64,000 nt of DNA from Poseidonia sp. (GCA_965661285.1 CBFIDD010000004.1:163328-227327), one strand, 5' to 3'; counted from the first letter of the stretch, positions 1 to 11,002 are shown. Notes: a model not told the origin generated them from the sequence alone. Made by a program: numbers and translations.

Positions 1-810
1 CCTCACTTTGTTCGAAAACAAGGTGAGAACTTAACCAAAGGAAACGTGGCCTTGACGAAGGGGCAACGACTCACCCCTTCACGCATCGGTCTCTGCGCTA
101 CGATGGGTTACGCCATCGTCCCTGTCTTTTGTCGACTCAAGGTGGCCATCGTTTCGACGGGAGATGAACTCAAATCACCGGGTGAACCGCTCAAGCATGG
201 CGAAATCTACGAATCAAATTCATTCGGTCTGGCAGGCTTGGTGGAGTGGGCGGGTCATGAACCCGTCCGGTTCCCCGCCGTTGCCGATTCAATGGCCTCG
301 CTTCGTGACACGCTGAATGAAGCGGCCAAAACGTGCGACCTTGTGCTCACCTCCGGGGGCGTATCCATGGGAGAATTTGACTTCGTTCGCCGAATCATGG
401 AGGAAGAAGGCGAACTTCATTTTTGGCGGATGAAAATTCGACCCGGCTCACCACCGTTGTTTGGCCTGTGGAACAGCACACCGCTTTTCGGACTGCCCGG
501 AAATCCCGTTTCCAGTCATGTGGTGTTCCGGATGTTGGTTGCGCCCTACCTTCGACAAGCCTTGTCAACCGATGCGCCCAAGGAATGGAAGGTGCGAGCC
601 AAGCTTTGCGATCCGGTGAAGTCCACCCGTGACTGCATGACACTCCGGCGCGTCACCTTGGTTTCAACCGATGAAGGTATGATGGCTCACCAACCTCGCC
701 ACCAAGGTTCAGGCAACATTGAGAGCCTCGCCAGTGCTGACGGACTAACCCTCTTGCAACCCGGTCAATCCGGTGAAGTGGGTTCGTGGATTGACGTGCT
801 TGTGTTGTAG
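1..810 (+). CDS. moeA: Molybdopterin molybdotransferase MoeA (5' end outside window)
   Basis: Frame is open from base 1 (PHFVRKQGENL...). MoeA motifs VAIVSTGDEL, IYESN, LTSGGVSMGEFD, FGLPGNPVS, QGSGNIESL. Confidence 0.92.
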   Translation, partial: PHFVRKQGENLTKGNVALTKGQRLTPSRIGLCATMGYAIVPVFCRLKVAIVSTGDELKSPGEPLKHGEIYESNSFGLAGLVEWAGHEPVRFPAVADSMASLRDTLNEAAKTCDLVLTSGGVSMGEFDFVRRIMEEEGELHFWRMKIRPGSPPLFGLWNSTPLFGLPGNPVSSHVVFRMLVAPYLRQALSTDAPKEWKVRAKLCDPVKSTRDCMTLRRVTLVSTDEGMMAHQPRHQGSGNIESLASADGLTLLQPGQSGEVGSWIDVLVL

Positions 811-818
811 GTGGTATC

Positions 819-1688
819 GTGAAGCACATGCAGGAGACAGCCGGAGATTTGCTTTCCACGCTCCGTCACCTCTATCCGAACTCGAGCACCACGACCCTTC
901 GGAAAATGCTCACACAGGGGCGCGTGCTGGTCAACGACACGGTCGTCCACCGCGCCAAACACCCGCTCCGAGAGGGGGATGAGATCGAAGTCCTTCAGCG
1001 GCAGCGCGCCGAAGAGAGAACGCCTCCACCCAAGGCCAAATCTGGCGTTGAACTCGATGTGTTGTTTGAAGACGATACGCTCTTGGTGGTCAACAAACCG
1101 CATCAACTCCTCTCGGTGGCCACGGACCGACTCGAGGAGGATACCCTTCACAGTCGCTGCGTGGACTACCTCCGTTGGTCGGACGAAAAGGCGTGGTGTT
1201 ACATCGTTCATCGTCTCGACAAAGCCACGTCCGGCATCATGGTTATGGCAAAATCAAAGCGAGCGAAGCGAGACCTTCAGGAACAATTCCTGGAGCGAAC
1301 CGTTCATCGCACCTACCACGCCAAGGTCGAGGGAACACCGCACCCTTCGTCGGGAACGGTACGTACTTGGTTGCTTGAAGATAAGCACCTCAACATCAAA
1401 GCGGTAAACAAAAACCACCCTCAGGGAAAGGAAGCGATTTCGCACTATCATGTGGTTGCAACCAGTGGCGAGGTCAGTTCGGTGGAGATCTCTATTGAGA
1501 CCGGGCGGCGACATCAAATTCGGATGGCCATGCAGCATCTTGGTACGCCTGTGGTCGGTGATGAGCGGCACGGGGCCACCACAAATCCTCACAAACGCAT
1601 CATGCTTCACGCTCTTGCTCTCGAATTTCTTCATCCCGCAAACGACGATCCTGTTCGTTTTGAAGCACCCCTCCCGCGAGGATTTTGA
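819..1688 (+). CDS. RluA/RluC/RluD-family pseudouridine synthase with N-terminal S4-like domain
   Basis: Motifs VVNKP, VHRLDKATSG (catalytic Asp), ETGRRHQIR, PVVGDERHG, MLHA. Start is GTG 819 or ATG 828. Confidence 0.9.
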   Translation: MKHMQETAGDLLSTLRHLYPNSSTTTLRKMLTQGRVLVNDTVVHRAKHPLREGDEIEVLQRQRAEERTPPPKAKSGVELDVLFEDDTLLVVNKPHQLLSVATDRLEEDTLHSRCVDYLRWSDEKAWCYIVHRLDKATSGIMVMAKSKRAKRDLQEQFLERTVHRTYHAKVEGTPHPSSGTVRTWLLEDKHLNIKAVNKNHPQGKEAISHYHVVATSGEVSSVEISIETGRRHQIRMAMQHLGTPVVGDERHGATTNPHKRIMLHALALEFLHPANDDPVRFEAPLPRGF

Positions 1689-1762
1689 ATCCGAACCCGG
1701 TGCAGACGCTCGATTGAACGGCGCTTCTCGAAATCCAAGTGGATTTCGGGTGTTGCGAACAC

Positions 1763-2113
1763 ATGGAGGGTTCAATCAATTTGGAAGCCCATGGCCAGAC
1801 AGTCTTCGCATTCTTCGACGTGGTTGGTGCCGATGTCTTCGACTCGACCGCATCGCAAGCAACAGCGTTGGGGCGCGAAAATGGGGTTCAGTACTGGAGG
1901 TTCCACAGAGGCGAAATTTCCGTATCCGATATCAACCCTTGTTCTTTGTTGCAGCGGCGCAGTACTTCGTTTTTGGTAAGAATAGAACCGCGAATATATC
2001 AGCGAACACACAGAATCATGGTCGCATTGGCAAAAGCACGACTTGAAGAACTGTTGACCGTCCCTTGCCACTGGAGCGTTCGCGATGTCGGTTGGCCAGG
2101 ACGGTTGGATTGA
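1763..2113 (+). CDS. Small hypothetical protein
   Basis: Fills the gap between the rluA-type gene and uvrA on the same strand; ATG at 1763; overlaps the uvrA start by 29 nt; no recognisable motif. Confidence 0.4.
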   Translation: MEGSINLEAHGQTVFAFFDVVGADVFDSTASQATALGRENGVQYWRFHRGEISVSDINPCSLLQRRSTSFLVRIEPRIYQRTHRIMVALAKARLEELLTVPCHWSVRDVGWPGRLD

Positions 2114-5021
2114 GGTCAAGGGTGCGCGTACCCACAATCTCAAAGACATCTCTGTTGAACTTCCAAAAGGCCAGTTCGTCGTGATATCGGGCGTGTCCGG
2201 TTCGGGAAAATCCAGCCTCGCTTTTGACACCCTCTATGCAGAGGGCCAACGCAGGTATGTCGAGAGCCTTTCTTCCTATGCTCGGCAATTTATCGGCCAA
2301 ATGAAAAAAGCCGATTGTGATTCGATCGAAGGCCTCTCGCCTGCTATCTCCATTGACCAAAAACAAGGGAGCCATAACCCCCGTTCGACGGTCGCAACGG
2401 TTACAGAAATCCAGGACTATCTTCGTCTCTTGTGGGCGAGGATTGGGAAACCCCACTGTCCGACGTGCGGCAAAGAGGTGGCTCGTCGAACCGTACAAGA
2501 GATCGTGGACGACATTTTCTGGCGGATGGAAGGCCACGGCGTCGCCGTGTGGAGCCCTGTGGTACGTGCCCGCAAAGGCACACATGCAGAGCTTTTCCGA
2601 CAGTTGGTTGAACAGGGTTACCTCAACGGGCGCGTTAACGGTCACGAGACGTCGTTTGAGGAACCACCGACGTTGGACAAAACATTCCGTCACGACATCG
2701 ATGTCCGCATTGACCGTTTGCGTTGTACTCGGGACCGGAAACAGCGCTTGACCGAAGCAGTGGAAGGTGCGCTTCGCTTGGGTGGCGGCACGTTGGCGGT
2801 GGAAAGTCTTGAAGCACCAAAGGACACGGAAACACTGAGCAAAAATTCCCACGCTCACCTCACCGAACAAGGCCAAACCATTGCGTGGTCGGAAGATTTC
2901 GCATGTCCGGACCACGGCGCCTTCATGCCCGAACTTTCTCCCAGAGTGTTTTCATTTAACTCCCCGCTTGGTGCATGTGGCACCTGTCAAGGGCTTGGCG
3001 TTCAGCGCCAATTCAACGTCGACCTCATCGTTGACGGAAACATGAGCGTCTCAAACGGTTGCGTTATCCCGTGGCGGCAGTCAATGTCACCGTCTTGGTA
3101 TCGGAAGTTGCTGGAATGCACCTGTGCGCACTACAACATCTCAACCACCCTTCCGTTTGAGATGCTTGACGAAGACGAGAAGGATATCCTTCTCTACGGG
3201 TCCGGCTCGACGGTTATTCACTACGAATTCACGTCTGAAAACGGCTCGCAATACAAGTACAGCAAGCCATGGGAGGGGATCATCCCTCGTCTCGAAAAGA
3301 CCTATGCAGAGACGACTTCGGAGCGAACGAGAAATCGCCTCATCGCCTCGATGACCGACCTGGATTGTCCTGCATGCGGTGGCGAGAAATTGAACGATGC
3401 TGCCCGGTACGTTACCGTCGGCGGCATTCGGCTTCCCGAGGTGAGCGCCTGTTCGGTACACGATGCGCTTGGGCTCGTTCGGGCTTGGAACCCGGAGGGC
3501 GAAGGGCCCCCTGCAGCCTTCCAAGATCTTCTCGAAACCCTTGACGAGCGGAGCATGTTCATCGGTTCTGAAATCATTAAAGAAATTGAAGGTCGACTCG
3601 GTTTCTTGGACAGTGTCGGGTTGGACTATCTTACGCTCGACCGGAAAGCCAACACCCTCTCTGGTGGAGAAAGTCAGCGGATTCGCCTTGCAACACAAAT
3701 CGGCAGCCGTCTGACCGGTGTCATGTACGTGCTTGACGAGCCGTCCATCGGTCTTCATCAACGCGACAACGACCGTTTGCTGAAGACGCTGCGCGAACTG
3801 AGCGATTTGGGGAATACCTTGCTCGTCGTAGAGCACGACGAGGATACGCTTCGCCAAGCAGACTGGCTTTGCGACCTCGGCCCGGGAGCCGGTCTTGAGG
3901 GCGGTGAAGTGGTGGCCAACGGCACACCCGAAGAGGTCATGGCTTCTGAGCACTCCATCACGGGGGCGTATTTGAGCGGACGACGAAGCATACCCTGGCC
4001 TGAAGAACGCGTTGCGCCCGGAAAACGCCACCTTACGGTCAAAGGCGCACAGCACAACAACCTCCAGAACATCAATGCCGCCTTTCCCATTGGATGCATG
4101 ACGGCCGTTACGGGCGTTTCAGGGTCAGGGAAGTCCTCGCTGGTTTCGGGAATTCTCGCACCAGCACTCCAGCGACACGTCCATCGGGCCGAAGTCGTAC
4201 CCGGTCGTCATCAAGGCCTTGAAGGCGTGGAACATGTTGACAAGACGATCATCATCGACCAGTCACCGATTGGGCGAACGCCGCGGTCAAACCCTGCAAC
4301 GTACACGAAAGTGTTTGACGAAATTCGGAGCTTGTTTGCCAACACGAAACTCTCGAAAGAGCGAGGCTACAAGCCGGGGCAATTCAGTTTCAACGTCAAA
4401 GGCGGTCGCTGCGAAGCCTGTCGCGGGGGCGGTTCCATCAAATTGGAAATGAATTTCTTGCCCGATGTGTGGATCACGTGCGATATTTGCAATGGAAAAC
4501 GTTACACGCGGGAGTGCCTCGAGGTTGAGTGGCGTGGAAAAAACATCTACGATGTCCTCGAAATGCCGGTTTCTGAAGCGGTTGATTTTTTCAAAAATCA
4601 TCGTAAAATCCACCGGACATTGGAGACGTTGAACGCCGTAGGCCTCGGCTATATCCGTCTTGGCCAACCGGCAACCACCCTCTCGGGTGGCGAAGCCCAG
4701 CGCGTAAAATTAGCAAGTGAGTTGAGGCGAATGCCCAACAAGCACACCGTATACATTTTGGATGAACCCACAACAGGATTGTCCTTCAGTGATGTGGCCA
4801 AACTCATCAACGTCCTGCATCAACTTCGCGACAAAGGCCACACGATGATCATCATTGAGCATCATTTGGACGTCGTGAAATCCTGTGACTGGGTCATCGA
4901 TCTGGGGCCAGAGGGCGGGGAACGTGGCGGGCAGGTCATCGCCGTCGGGACACCAGAAGACGTGGCGAAGGCCAAGGAAAGCGCCACAGGGCAATTCTTG
5001 GCAAAGATGCTGAAAAAGTGA
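2085..5021 (+). CDS. uvrA: Excinuclease ABC subunit A
   Basis: Two ABC ATPase modules (GVSGSGKSS twice; LSGGESQR and LSGGEAQR; VLDEP and ILDEP), zinc-finger Cys pairs, [17 protein letters not shown]. Confidence 0.98.
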   Translation: MSVGQDGWIEVKGARTHNLKDISVELPKGQFVVISGVSGSGKSSLAFDTLYAEGQRRYVESLSSYARQFIGQMKKADCDSIEGLSPAISIDQKQGSHNPRSTVATVTEIQDYLRLLWARIGKPHCPTCGKEVARRTVQEIVDDIFWRMEGHGVAVWSPVVRARKGTHAELFRQLVEQGYLNGRVNGHETSFEEPPTLDKTFRHDIDVRIDRLRCTRDRKQRLTEAVEGALRLGGGTLAVESLEAPKDTETLSKNSHAHLTEQGQTIAWSEDFACPDHGAFMPELSPRVFSFNSPLGACGTCQGLGVQRQFNVDLIVDGNMSVSNGCVIPWRQSMSPSWYRKLLECTCAHYNISTTLPFEMLDEDEKDILLYGSGSTVIHYEFTSENGSQYKYSKPWEGIIPRLEKTYAETTSERTRNRLIASMTDLDCPACGGEKLNDAARYVTVGGIRLPEVSACSVHDALGLVRAWNPEGEGPPAAFQDLLETLDERSMFIGSEIIKEIEGRLGFLDSVGLDYLTLDRKANTLSGGESQRIRLATQIGSRLTGVMYVLDEPSIGLHQRDNDRLLKTLRELSDLGNTLLVVEHDEDTLRQADWLCDLGPGAGLEGGEVVANGTPEEVMASEHSITGAYLSGRRSIPWPEERVAPGKRHLTVKGAQHNNLQNINAAFPIGCMTAVTGVSGSGKSSLVSGILAPALQRHVHRAEVVPGRHQGLEGVEHVDKTIIIDQSPIGRTPRSNPATYTKVFDEIRSLFANTKLSKERGYKPGQFSFNVKGGRCEACRGGGSIKLEMNFLPDVWITCDICNGKRYTRECLEVEWRGKNIYDVLEMPVSEAVDFFKNHRKIHRTLETLNAVGLGYIRLGQPATTLSGGEAQRVKLASELRRMPNKHTVYILDEPTTGLSFSDVAKLINVLHQLRDKGHTMIIIEHHLDVVKSCDWVIDLGPEGGERGGQVIAVGTPEDVAKAKESATGQFLAKMLKK

Positions 5022-5084
5022 AGGCGCAGACTACAAAGAGCGCATGGAACAACCTCCCCTTGTCCAACGGACGAGGTGACCGGT

Positions 5085-8000
5085 ATGCCGATGACACGTG
5101 TCGAAGTCACACCACGTCAAGGCGAAGGAATGCGCGATGTTCGAGGGGATGTTGTCCGCCGCCAACTCATGGCGGACCACAACGTTGCTGTTGCCAACGT
5201 GCGTTCCATTTGTGGCTACCTCATCAGCGGCGAAACAGCTTCCTCCGCCATTGCAGAGCGTGTAGACGACCTCTTTGCCGACCCCATTATCGAAATCGGT
5301 GCAACGAACACGTCCATGTTGGCGACGCCGACCTTTGGTGACGTCCCGGAAACGGTCATCACGGTGGGCTTCAAACCCGGGGTGACCGACAACCCGGGTA
5401 AGGCGGCAACCGACGGGTTCCTGACGCTTTTCCCAGACGACAGGGATGCGAACATTGCGACCTACACCACCTATGTGTTCTACGGGTTGCCGGCGGATTG
5501 CGACGCCACGTGGCTTGCTGGCACGCTCCACAACGGTTTGATTGAGCGGGCCCTTATCGGCGACCGCCAAGCGTGCGCAAACCAGGCATGGCCGGAATTG
5601 ATGTTCCCCACGCCTCCCGAACAGGTCTTCATTGAGCCCCAAGCCGTTGACCTCGAATGCGATGATGCAACCCTCGAAGAGATTTCCACCACCGGGTTGC
5701 TCGCTCTCAACTTGAACGAAATGCACGCCATTCAGGCTCACTACCGGGACGAAACGGTGCGCCAACAACGCATCGAGATGGGAATTTCCCCCAGCGCTCC
5801 AACCGATGTTGAACTGGAATGTTTGGCTCAGACATGGAGCGAACACTGCAAACACAAAATCTTCGCATCCCGCATTCACCATGTTGACCATGAAACCGGC
5901 GAAGACACCGTGGTGGATTCTCTGTTCAAAACCCACATCATGAAACCCACCCACGATATGCAAAACGAGGTGGACTGGCTCCTTTCCGTCTTCCATGACA
6001 ACTCTGGCGTCATTGCGTGGGACGACCGATGGAGCGTCTGCATGAAAGCCGAGACGCACAATTCACCCTCGGCTCTCGACCCCTACGGTGGCGCCATGAC
6101 CGGTATCGTAGGCGTCAACCGAGACATCCTCGGAACTGGACTCGGGGCTCGCCCCATTGCCAACACCGACGTGTTCTGTTTTGGCCCGCCCGACTGGGAA
6201 GGCGAACTCCCGGACAATCTCTTTCATCCTTCGCGCGTCCTTCGCGGCGTTCACGCTGGCGTTCGTGTGGGTGGAAACGAATCTGGCATACCCACGGTGA
6301 ACGGGGCGATCGTGTTTGACGACCGCTACATCGGCAAGCCGTTGGTGTACTGCGGTACGGTTGGTATCATGCCGCGGGAACTCCCGGACGGACGTCCGTC
6401 GCACATCAAAACACCCGTTTCGGGCGATATTGTCTACATGGTTGGGGGCCGTGTTGGCTACGACGGCATCCACGGTGCTACGTTTTCTTCGCTTGAACTC
6501 ACCGAGGAATCACCTTCCAGTGCGGTACAAATCGGCGACCCCATCACGCAGAAGAAAATGCTTGACATGGTCCTCGAGGCTCGCGATGCGGGCCTCATCA
6601 CATGCATCACCGACAACGGCGCAGGCGGCCTTTCGTCTTCCATTGGCGAAATGGCAGAATACACGAACGGTTGTGAAATCGACCTCGCCACCGTCCCGCT
6701 CAAACAAGCAGGGCTTTCACCGTGGGAAATTTTGGTATCCGAAAGCCAAGAACGCATGACCATCGCGGTCAAGCCAGAAGACCAAGCTGCCTTTGAAGCG
6801 CTTGCTGCCCTCCATGAAGTCGAAGCAACGGCCGTAGCGACCTTCACTTCCACCGGTATGTTTCATGTTCGCTATGGCGAGACCACCGTGGCTTACCTCC
6901 CTATTGAATTCCTTCACGACGGCGTCCCTCAACTGCAATTGGAATCGGAATGGCGACCGCCCGAACTTCCAACCTTTGTTCCACCAGCCAAAGCCAACCA
7001 TACCGACCTCCTCCGCGGTATGCTGCAACGACCCAACATCGCCAGCAAGGAAACTTGGGTTCGCCAATACGACCACGAGGTCATCGCTCAAACCGCCATC
7101 AAACCCTTTGTTGGCGTAGAGCGAGATGGACCGGGCGATGCAGGGGTCATCGCACCGATTCACGGCGACCCGCACGGGCTCGTCATCTCCTGCGGCATCG
7201 CTCCCCGTTATTCGGACATTGATGCCGGCGCCATGGCGGCCGCCAGTATTGATGAAGCGGTTCGAAATGCTGTTTGTGTTGGACTGGACGTGGATAAGAT
7301 GGCCGGGCTGGACAATTTTTGTTGGCCCGACCCGATAGAATCCACGAAAACACCGGACGGTCGTTTCAAACTTGCACAACTCGTTCGTGCCAACCGTGAG
7401 TTGGAGCGCGTCTGCAGAGCCTATCGCCTTCCATGCGTGAGCGGTAAGGACTCCATGAAAAACGACTACGGGACGGGGCCTGACAAGATCTCCATTCCAC
7501 CCACGCTGTTGTTCTCGCTTTTCGGCGACCACCCTGACGTGCGGAAGAGCGCTACGAGCGATTTCAAAACTGCAGGCGACAAAATCTACCTCGTCGGGCG
7601 ATCAAAACAAGAACTCGGCGCCGCAGAACTGGCGTTTATGCTGACTGAAAGCGGTCAGGCCGAAGGCGTTGGGGGGAATGTCCCGTTGCTTCCACATCCC
7701 GAACAAAACCTCGCCACCTACAGGGCGCTGTCCCAAACCATTCGAGATGGCCTGGTTCGCACAGCTCACGACTGTAGCGAAGGCGGCCTTGCCGTGGCGA
7801 TAGCCGAGATGTGCATCGGTGGGCGCATCGGCGCCACCGTCGACATCGACGGTACGGGGCCCGGTGATGTTTGGGGCCGATTGTGGGGCGAGTCGCTTGG
7901 GCGAATCGTCGTGGCGGTTCCAGAGGAGCACGAAGCAGCCTTCCTTTCTGCAATGAAGGGACATCCAACCACGGTCCTTGGTGAGGTCACCGACAGAAAC

Positions 8001-8105
8001 GCCATGACCATCACCGATGGCGATGACGACCTCATCGGTCTTGATGTTGACACGATGGCAGCGCTTTGGAAAGGCACCTTGGATTTGACGGGAGGTGTGG
8101 TGTGA
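5085..8105 (+). CDS. purL: Phosphoribosylformylglycinamidine synthase PurL with two N-terminal PurS-like repeats
   Basis: WSEHCKHKIF, KAETHNSPS, DNGAGG, SESQERM, AHDCSEGGL. SD-like GAGGTGA precedes ATG 5085. Confidence 0.95.
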   Translation: MPMTRVEVTPRQGEGMRDVRGDVVRRQLMADHNVAVANVRSICGYLISGETASSAIAERVDDLFADPIIEIGATNTSMLATPTFGDVPETVITVGFKPGVTDNPGKAATDGFLTLFPDDRDANIATYTTYVFYGLPADCDATWLAGTLHNGLIERALIGDRQACANQAWPELMFPTPPEQVFIEPQAVDLECDDATLEEISTTGLLALNLNEMHAIQAHYRDETVRQQRIEMGISPSAPTDVELECLAQTWSEHCKHKIFASRIHHVDHETGEDTVVDSLFKTHIMKPTHDMQNEVDWLLSVFHDNSGVIAWDDRWSVCMKAETHNSPSALDPYGGAMTGIVGVNRDILGTGLGARPIANTDVFCFGPPDWEGELPDNLFHPSRVLRGVHAGVRVGGNESGIPTVNGAIVFDDRYIGKPLVYCGTVGIMPRELPDGRPSHIKTPVSGDIVYMVGGRVGYDGIHGATFSSLELTEESPSSAVQIGDPITQKKMLDMVLEARDAGLITCITDNGAGGLSSSIGEMAEYTNGCEIDLATVPLKQAGLSPWEILVSESQERMTIAVKPEDQAAFEALAALHEVEATAVATFTSTGMFHVRYGETTVAYLPIEFLHDGVPQLQLESEWRPPELPTFVPPAKANHTDLLRGMLQRPNIASKETWVRQYDHEVIAQTAIKPFVGVERDGPGDAGVIAPIHGDPHGLVISCGIAPRYSDIDAGAMAAASIDEAVRNAVCVGLDVDKMAGLDNFCWPDPIESTKTPDGRFKLAQLVRANRELERVCRAYRLPCVSGKDSMKNDYGTGPDKISIPPTLLFSLFGDHPDVRKSATSDFKTAGDKIYLVGRSKQELGAAELAFMLTESGQAEGVGGNVPLLPHPEQNLATYRALSQTIRDGLVRTAHDCSEGGLAVAIAEMCIGGRIGATVDIDGTGPGDVWGRLWGESLGRIVVAVPEEHEAAFLSAMKGHPTTVLGEVTDRNAMTITDGDDDLIGLDVDTMAALWKGTLDLTGGVV

Positions 8106-8947
8106 TGACGCCTCGTGTCGCCGTACTGTTTGGGTTTGGCATCAATTGCGACCACGAAACAAAAGCCGTTTTCGAACTGGTTGGTGCAATGGCAGACCGT
8201 CTTCACGTGAATCGCCTCATCGCAGGCGATGCACAACTTGAGGCGTACGATATTCTGGCTGTTCCAGGTGGATTTTCTTTTGGCGACCACCTCGGCAGTG
8301 GACGGTTGCTCGGAAACCGAATGCGCTTTGCTATGCGAGATGCGTTGCAAGCCTTTGTTGAGGCTGGAAAACCCATCATCGGCATATGCAATGGTTTCCA
8401 AGTCCTCGTCAAAACAGGACTTCTCCCAGGTCCAGAGGCTGGACAATCACCCGACTTTGTTCAACGGGGCAGCTTAACCCTCAACGACAGCGGACGGTAC
8501 GAAGACCGTTGGGTGACGCTTGAATTTGACCCGGACAGCCCGTGCATTTGGACCAAAGGCATGACTCGAATGGAATGTCCGGTGCGACACGGTGAAGGAA
8601 AGTACGTCATGCCATCAAGCGAAGATTTGGACCGCCTCGAAGCCAATCACCAATTGACCGTCCGCTACGTTGACCCGGGCACTTCAACTGGAGAAGGCAT
8701 GACCAACCAACCACTTCCCTATCCAATCAGTCCAAACGGTAGCATGAGAAACATTGCTGGAATTTGCGACGCAACAGGCCTTGTGTTTGGCCTTATGCCT
8801 CACCCCGAAGCGATCTACGCCAGATGGCTGCATCCAACACACACACGCCAAGGCGACGAACACGCCTCTGGCACACTGGACGGTTGGGAGGGCGAAGGAC
8901 TGCAACTCTTCCGAAATGCAGTGGAGTACGTCAAACAACGTTCTTGA
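8105..8947 (+). CDS. purQ: FGAM synthase glutaminase subunit PurQ
   Basis: GINCD, PGGFSFGD, GICNGFQ (catalytic Cys), GLMPHPE. The purL TGA stop and purQ ATG overlap; SD GGAGGTG upstream. Confidence 0.95.
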   Translation: MTPRVAVLFGFGINCDHETKAVFELVGAMADRLHVNRLIAGDAQLEAYDILAVPGGFSFGDHLGSGRLLGNRMRFAMRDALQAFVEAGKPIIGICNGFQVLVKTGLLPGPEAGQSPDFVQRGSLTLNDSGRYEDRWVTLEFDPDSPCIWTKGMTRMECPVRHGEGKYVMPSSEDLDRLEANHQLTVRYVDPGTSTGEGMTNQPLPYPISPNGSMRNIAGICDATGLVFGLMPHPEAIYARWLHPTHTRQGDEHASGTLDGWEGEGLQLFRNAVEYVKQRS

Positions 8948-8956
8948 GTGTCGATC

Positions 8957-10009
8957 ATGAATAGCGAGAACCGAATCGTTCACATCGACGGTTTACGGGG
9001 TCTTGCAGTTCTGCTCATGGTGCTTGTTCACGCAGCAGCCACGTGGGAGCCCGAACTGTCAGGGCCGTGGCTGTTTTTTGGTGTCGTCGTGTCTGGAGCA
9101 GGCGGACTTGCCGCCCCACTCTTTGTTGCACTGCTCGGGTGGGGTATGGCACAGAAATCGCTTCCCGTCTCCAAACGCATCTGGAGAGCGGGTTTTCTCT
9201 TCCTTTGCCAGTTCTTGGTGAACCTTAGCGCTCCGCATCTTTTCGAACCATGGACACCTGGGGTGCTTTCATTGATGGGGGCACTTGTTCTTCTTGAACC
9301 GGCGTGGCGGAGGGTCTGTGATCGCTTGGGCGACCTCAGGAAAGCGTTTGCGATCGCCTTTGCAGGGGTCGTAGGCCTAACGTTCATTCTTTCACCGTGG
9401 CAGGGGCCATCGGCGTGGGATCCTCGTGTTTCAACCGAAACTGCGGTGATGTTTCTTCAGCACATGACCATAACAGGCCTCTACCCAGTCTTTCCCTGGG
9501 TGGTTTTTGCCTGGTTTGGCCATCTTGTCGCTTCGATGAAGGACCGGAACTTGAGAGAGCGTTGGCTGTGGAGGTCAACCGTTGTCGGGTTGCTTCTCTC
9601 GGCCGCTGTTCTTCTTCGCAGCTTAGAACAGGGACGTCAGTGGGCCCTCCCCACAGGGGATGCGGCGTTGACGTTCTTTCCCGCCAACGGTGCCTTTCTG
9701 ATCGCAGCACTCACGGGCGTGAGTCTGCTGTGGTGGGTTGCAGAGCGCTTCCCACTCACCGATCGTCTGGCCGACCTTGGTCGAGTTTCCCTGACCGTCT
9801 ACGTGTTTCACTTTCTTCCGTTCACCGTTTTTCATGCGTACGATGACATCCATCGGTGGAACCCAGCATTGACCGTCTTGGTCGTTGTGTTCTACACAAT
9901 GGCCTGGTCCCTTGTGGGTACTTGGTTGTCTCGGCGTACGCAGCCCATCACGCTGGAAGCGTGGATGAAGCGACTTGAACCTTCGTCGTATCGTGAACAG
10001 ACCGACTGA
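8957..10009 (+). CDS. Multi-pass membrane acyltransferase-like protein (HGSNAT/DUF1624/DUF418-like)
   Basis: N-terminal RIxxIDGLRGLAVLLMVLVH, LYPVFPW and LGRVSLTVYVFH motifs; many hydrophobic segments. Confidence 0.7.
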   Translation: MNSENRIVHIDGLRGLAVLLMVLVHAAATWEPELSGPWLFFGVVVSGAGGLAAPLFVALLGWGMAQKSLPVSKRIWRAGFLFLCQFLVNLSAPHLFEPWTPGVLSLMGALVLLEPAWRRVCDRLGDLRKAFAIAFAGVVGLTFILSPWQGPSAWDPRVSTETAVMFLQHMTITGLYPVFPWVVFAWFGHLVASMKDRNLRERWLWRSTVVGLLLSAAVLLRSLEQGRQWALPTGDAALTFFPANGAFLIAALTGVSLLWWVAERFPLTDRLADLGRVSLTVYVFHFLPFTVFHAYDDIHRWNPALTVLVVVFYTMAWSLVGTWLSRRTQPITLEAWMKRLEPSSYREQTD

Positions 10010-10060
10010 GTCCTCCACCTTCGTTGGGCTATCACGGGACGTGATGGTCCTACCCGGGAG

Positions 10061-10085
10061 AAACGGGGCGGCCGAGGCCACCCCG
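10061..10085 (-). terminator. GC-rich hairpin after the rhodopsin stop, between convergent genes
   Basis: Minus strand CGGGGTGGC-CTCG-GCCGCCCCG (9-bp stem with one G-U pair) followed by TTTCT, about 30 nt past the rhodopsin stop. Confidence 0.5.
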
Positions 10086-10115
10086 CTTCAGGGGGTTGGA
10101 GAACCTGGTTTGGTT

Positions 10116-10964
10116 TCACTCAGCAGCTGCCAAGGCTTCGGTAGCCTTCTTGGCACCCATCCATGCAACGACACCGAAACCAATCTTGTTGATGATGTCA
10201 GCGATGTTGTAGAGGATAGCCATGATTTCTGCATCGACAGCGTCGGGCAGAATGTCAGCGGTTGGGTTGAACAAGTAGCCGAGGGGGTAGATGATCCAGC
10301 CAACGCAGATGAACCAGCGTAGGGCGTTGGTACTCCACATGAGCTCAGGGGCAATCTTGCTGTTGTCGACACCCCTACCAGAGGACCAGGGGGTACCGGT
10401 AGCCACGATGATCATGGCCCAGCCGACTCCACCAAGGACGAGGCCAGCAATACCAGGGATAGCCCCGGATTCGCCGAGGTAGCCGAATCCAATCATGATG
10501 AGGGCGCCGGTGAAACAGATGCCAGTGAAGCCCAGTCCAGCGACCTTGTCGTCGGTGATGGCGTCCTTGCCCACGAGGGACGGAAACTTGAGGGCCATCA
10601 ACGGAACGGTGATGATCCAGTCCATGTAGCGGTACTCAATGGAAACGGTACCGAGGTCGGTGTAGACACCGCGCATGTAGTAGTAGTGGAAGGCAGCGAT
10701 ACCGACGATCAGGGCCGAGATGGTCATGGTCGTTCGGTATTGTGGCGCCACGGAGTTGCGCTCTGCCATGAAGAAGACAAAGGCGGCACCCATGGAGATG
10801 TAGCCGACGAAGAAGAGGAAGAACGTGATGAGACCGAGGGTATCATCAGCATACTTCGCCGAGGGGTCGACGATTTCCGCAGCACTGACCGTTCCGGCCA
10901 TCGCAAGGGCAAATGTGGCAATCAAAAGCAGGCTCGTTGTTTTCGAGAATTTTTCAGTTTTCAT
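10116..10964 (-). CDS. Proteorhodopsin-like microbial rhodopsin (DTK motif), probable light-driven proton pump
   Basis: Signal peptide plus 7 TM helices; helix C RYMDWIITVPLMALKF; helix B His (FHYYYMR); helix G ADIINKIGFG with the retinal-binding Lys. ATG 10964. Confidence 0.95.
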   Translation of the reverse strand: MKTEKFSKTTSLLLIATFALAMAGTVSAAEIVDPSAKYADDTLGLITFFLFFVGYISMGAAFVFFMAERNSVAPQYRTTMTISALIVGIAAFHYYYMRGVYTDLGTVSIEYRYMDWIITVPLMALKFPSLVGKDAITDDKVAGLGFTGICFTGALIMIGFGYLGESGAIPGIAGLVLGGVGWAMIIVATGTPWSSGRGVDNSKIAPELMWSTNALRWFICVGWIIYPLGYLFNPTADILPDAVDAEIMAILYNIADIINKIGFGVVAWMGAKKATEALAAAE

Positions 10965-10994
10965 GGTTCTCAAACCGATGACCTAACGATTCAG

Positions 10995-11002
10995 TATATA
11001 AA
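10995..11002 (-). promoter_or_regulatory. Archaeal TATA box of the rhodopsin gene
   Basis: TTTATATA on the minus strand about 30 nt upstream of ATG 10964, in an AT-rich intergenic stretch. Confidence 0.65.
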
